Both the position numbers and the translations under genes were made by a program. The notes below the pieces were generated by a model. The model was not told the DNA's origin. It did not search any database and saw nothing but the letters and a program-made list of their open reading frames with translations. A DNA stretch of 63,996 nucleotides, filler included, from Porpidia crustulata (lineage: Eukaryota): assembly GCA_964255105.1 (NCBI GenBank). It is 13 parts of 13 records of this genome, joined end to end, with 100 filler letters (N's around TTAATTAATTAA, not from the genome) between each part and the next. Parts side by side here need not be neighbours in the genome. Positions count along the whole stretch, not along the records: positions 59,293 to 63,996 come from CAXUWE010002009.1; 12 more parts are not named here. One strand, 5' to 3'. Below are positions 62,025-63,996 of the stretch, piece by piece (within the stretch, counting starts at the first letter, position 1; every line of letters begins with the position of its first letter).

Positions 62025-63996
62025 TCAAGACGGCAAGATCTCACTGTCGTCTGCGGTACCCGTCCCGGTGCCAGCGTCCCCAAACGCATCTCCAAATGCC
62101 GAGTCCTCCAATCCCAAATTCTCTTGCTCATCAAGCCCCATGTCATCATTTGCTTCGCCATAACCGGCAAGAGCGTCTCCTGCGGTATCGAGGTTACTGA
62201 AGTCGACTGTCTCACTGAAGTCGTTCGTCGCAAAATCCGACGCCGTGGTGTCATGAACGTCCGGTGTAAAATCCTGTAGGGCATCGCCGGCAGTGTCCAT
62301 CATGTGATCGACAGCTGAATCGACCCCTTCCATTGCCGTTTCGTCCACCAGATTGTCCAAATTGGGCAGCTCTTCATTTTGAGGGGTGGATGCACCGTCC
62401 TTGTTCACCATGATCCAATCTCCAGCGTCGGTATCTTTGTTCTCGGATTCATTGGGCATTTTAACAATCGTACCATCTCCTCCCACTAGGCCTCGGGCTT
62501 CGGTTGAAGGCTCGTTGATATCCGCACCCCCACCATACGAAAATTGAGGCGTGTGGCCTATCGAGGGTGGATCGTTTGGAATATGGTACGACGCCGACTG
62601 GGACGACCGACGGCTAAGATCTGCCGTTGGATTTATCATGCTGTAGTCTTGGGTTTTATTGTCGGCAACTTGGCCCTTCTCTTCCAGCCCACCTCTTTCG
62701 ATACACTCCAGCTTTTTGACAACCACAATACTCTTTCCCATTTCCTTCTCCACTCTTTGAACGATATCCTCAATTTTGGCAGGTTGCCCCACAGCATTTT
62801 TTGCAGCCATTGCGCTAGAAGGACTGCGCGTCCGCTCGTCGAATTTCCAGCCATTGGAATTATCAATTGTCAAGGCTGCAAACCTCAGACTCTGCTCTGC
62901 TTCTCGCAATCCAGCACCTTTCTTAAACTTAGCCATGCGTTTAGCGTGTTGCCGTTTTAGTTTTTCCATTTCCTCATGCATTTCCGCAATCTTTGCCGTT
63001 GCTTTCATGGCAAAATCATCCGCTTTTCCAGGCTCCATCTTGCCAACTCGTGGAGGCAGAGGTACGGGCCCGGTTTTCGCGATTGGTGTCCCGCTGGTCG
63101 GCGCGTCGAAGAAGTCTTTCGTGAGAGCTTCAAGCTCGCCCTTCCGGCCGAGCCCTAGATGTACCGGTACAATCTGGCCAGTGGTGAATGGAGAATTGAA
63201 TACCTCCTCAAGCCATTCGTGGTGTTGTATGTACCGCGTTGTACTAATGTCCTTAGGTGTAAGGAAATCCATAAAATCCCCCCTCGTCGTATCCTCTTCA
63301 TCATTGGTTACAGCGTCTTGCGCCTGTGCCATAGTTGCAGCTGCAATGGACGAATTCGGTCCCACCGGAGGAGCATGTCGTGGACGCTTCGATGGAGAAG
63401 GGCCAACACTTGAATGACCAGTGCCCATTTGCTGCGGGTGCATATAAGGTTGCTGTTGACTCCTGTTCATGTGCGAAATGACGTTACCTGGATATCCACT
63501 CGCCTGAAAACCACCACCAGGAAGGTTTATTGTAGGCCAATTGTTACGGTCGTGCAGCATGAATTCTTTGCGCACTAGCTGGCCATGTTGTTGAAGGAAT
63601 CGTCGCTCCGTTACTGCTGTCTGAACCTGTGCATTCACTTGGATGCTTCTTGCAGGGTACAGGTGGTTCGCGTCTGCTCGGGAGTAATGTACAATCCACA
63701 GGGACGGGTCACAGGGAGGTAGGTTTGGATTTGGAACGCGAGCTGGCATCAGGCGATAACGGCGTCGAGTATGGGTGGACATCTGCTCGTTTGGCGGATG
63801 GAACCCACTTTGGTGTACGTACATTTCTACCGTCTGCAGCTTCAAGTCAGCATGTAGTCGTTGCTCAGTGATAATCAAAGCCATACGTATCCTCGGACTT
63901 CGGAGCTGAAAGCCTGCTCGGCATCCGCCCAAATGTACCCATCGCTCGCAGCTTGAGTTTGCAACTGAGCAAGCGGCTGCCAGACTAGCATAATAG
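62025..63996 (-). CDS. SSR4: SWI/SNF-RSC complex subunit Ssr4; 5' end outside window (intron 63886-63834)
   Basis: Spliced VWQP..AASDGYIWADAE..|TVEMY..SGF..E..STHTRRRYRL, DPSLWIVHY, RKEFMLHDR.NWP, RYIQHHEWLEEVF.SP; acidic tail. Confidence 0.85.
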   Translation of the reverse strand, partial: YYASLAAACSVANSSCERWVHLGGCRAGFQLRSPRIRMALIITEQRLHADLKLQTVEMYVHQSGFHPPNEQMSTHTRRRYRLMPARVPNPNLPPCDPSLWIVHYSRADANHLYPARSIQVNAQVQTAVTERRFLQQHGQLVRKEFMLHDRNNWPTINLPGGGFQASGYPGNVISHMNRSQQQPYMHPQQMGTGHSSVGPSPSKRPRHAPPVGPNSSIAAATMAQAQDAVTNDEEDTTRGDFMDFLTPKDISTTRYIQHHEWLEEVFNSPFTTGQIVPVHLGLGRKGELEALTKDFFDAPTSGTPIAKTGPVPLPPRVGKMEPGKADDFAMKATAKIAEMHEEMEKLKRQHAKRMAKFKKGAGLREAEQSLRFAALTIDNSNGWKFDERTRSPSSAMAAKNAVGQPAKIEDIVQRVEKEMGKSIVVVKKLECIERGGLEEKGQVADNKTQDYSMINPTADLSRRSSQSASYHIPNDPPSIGHTPQFSYGGGADINEPSTEARGLVGGDGTIVKMPNESENKDTDAGDWIMVNKDGASTPQNEELPNLDNLVDETAMEGVDSAVDHMMDTAGDALQDFTPDVHDTTASDFATNDFSETVDFSNLDTAGDALAGYGEANDDMGLDEQENLGLEDSAFGDAFGDAGTGTGTADDSEILPS

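Overview
Filamentous ascomycete (Pezizomycotina-type) genomic DNA. The window is not one locus. It holds 13 short contigs of about 4.8 kb, ordered by decreasing length and joined by identical 100-nt spacers (N44-TTAATTAATTAA-N44), so gene neighbourhoods are only meaningful inside each contig. Most content is intron-containing housekeeping genes: cytosolic glutamyl-tRNA synthetase, MRPL1, COG2, Dicer-like 2, UBA3, TEL2, NUP53, complex I 10.5 kDa subunit, MPC2, SEC61, UTP25, RIB3 exon 1, an ArAE/FUSC-type membrane protein, POM34, HID1, group III G-alpha and SSR4. Secreted or accessory genes include a Gly/Ser-rich repeat protein, a BIM1/X325-like GPI-anchored copper protein, an ankyrin protein and a tyrosinase. 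The most unusual observations are: (1) an unannotated ~360-nt hairpin array with a repeated AGAGCCACC motif and Pol III B-box-like sites at 35522-35882, a candidate structured ncRNA or structured leader; (2) a decayed AT-rich contig with a SNF2-helicase pseudogene and a DUF3716-like Cys-rich remnant; (3) splicing oddities: a 6-nt micro-exon in UBA3, a GC-AG intron in TEL2 and weak acceptors in Dicer. Gene identities come from recognising motifs by eye; no database searches or folding computations were run.
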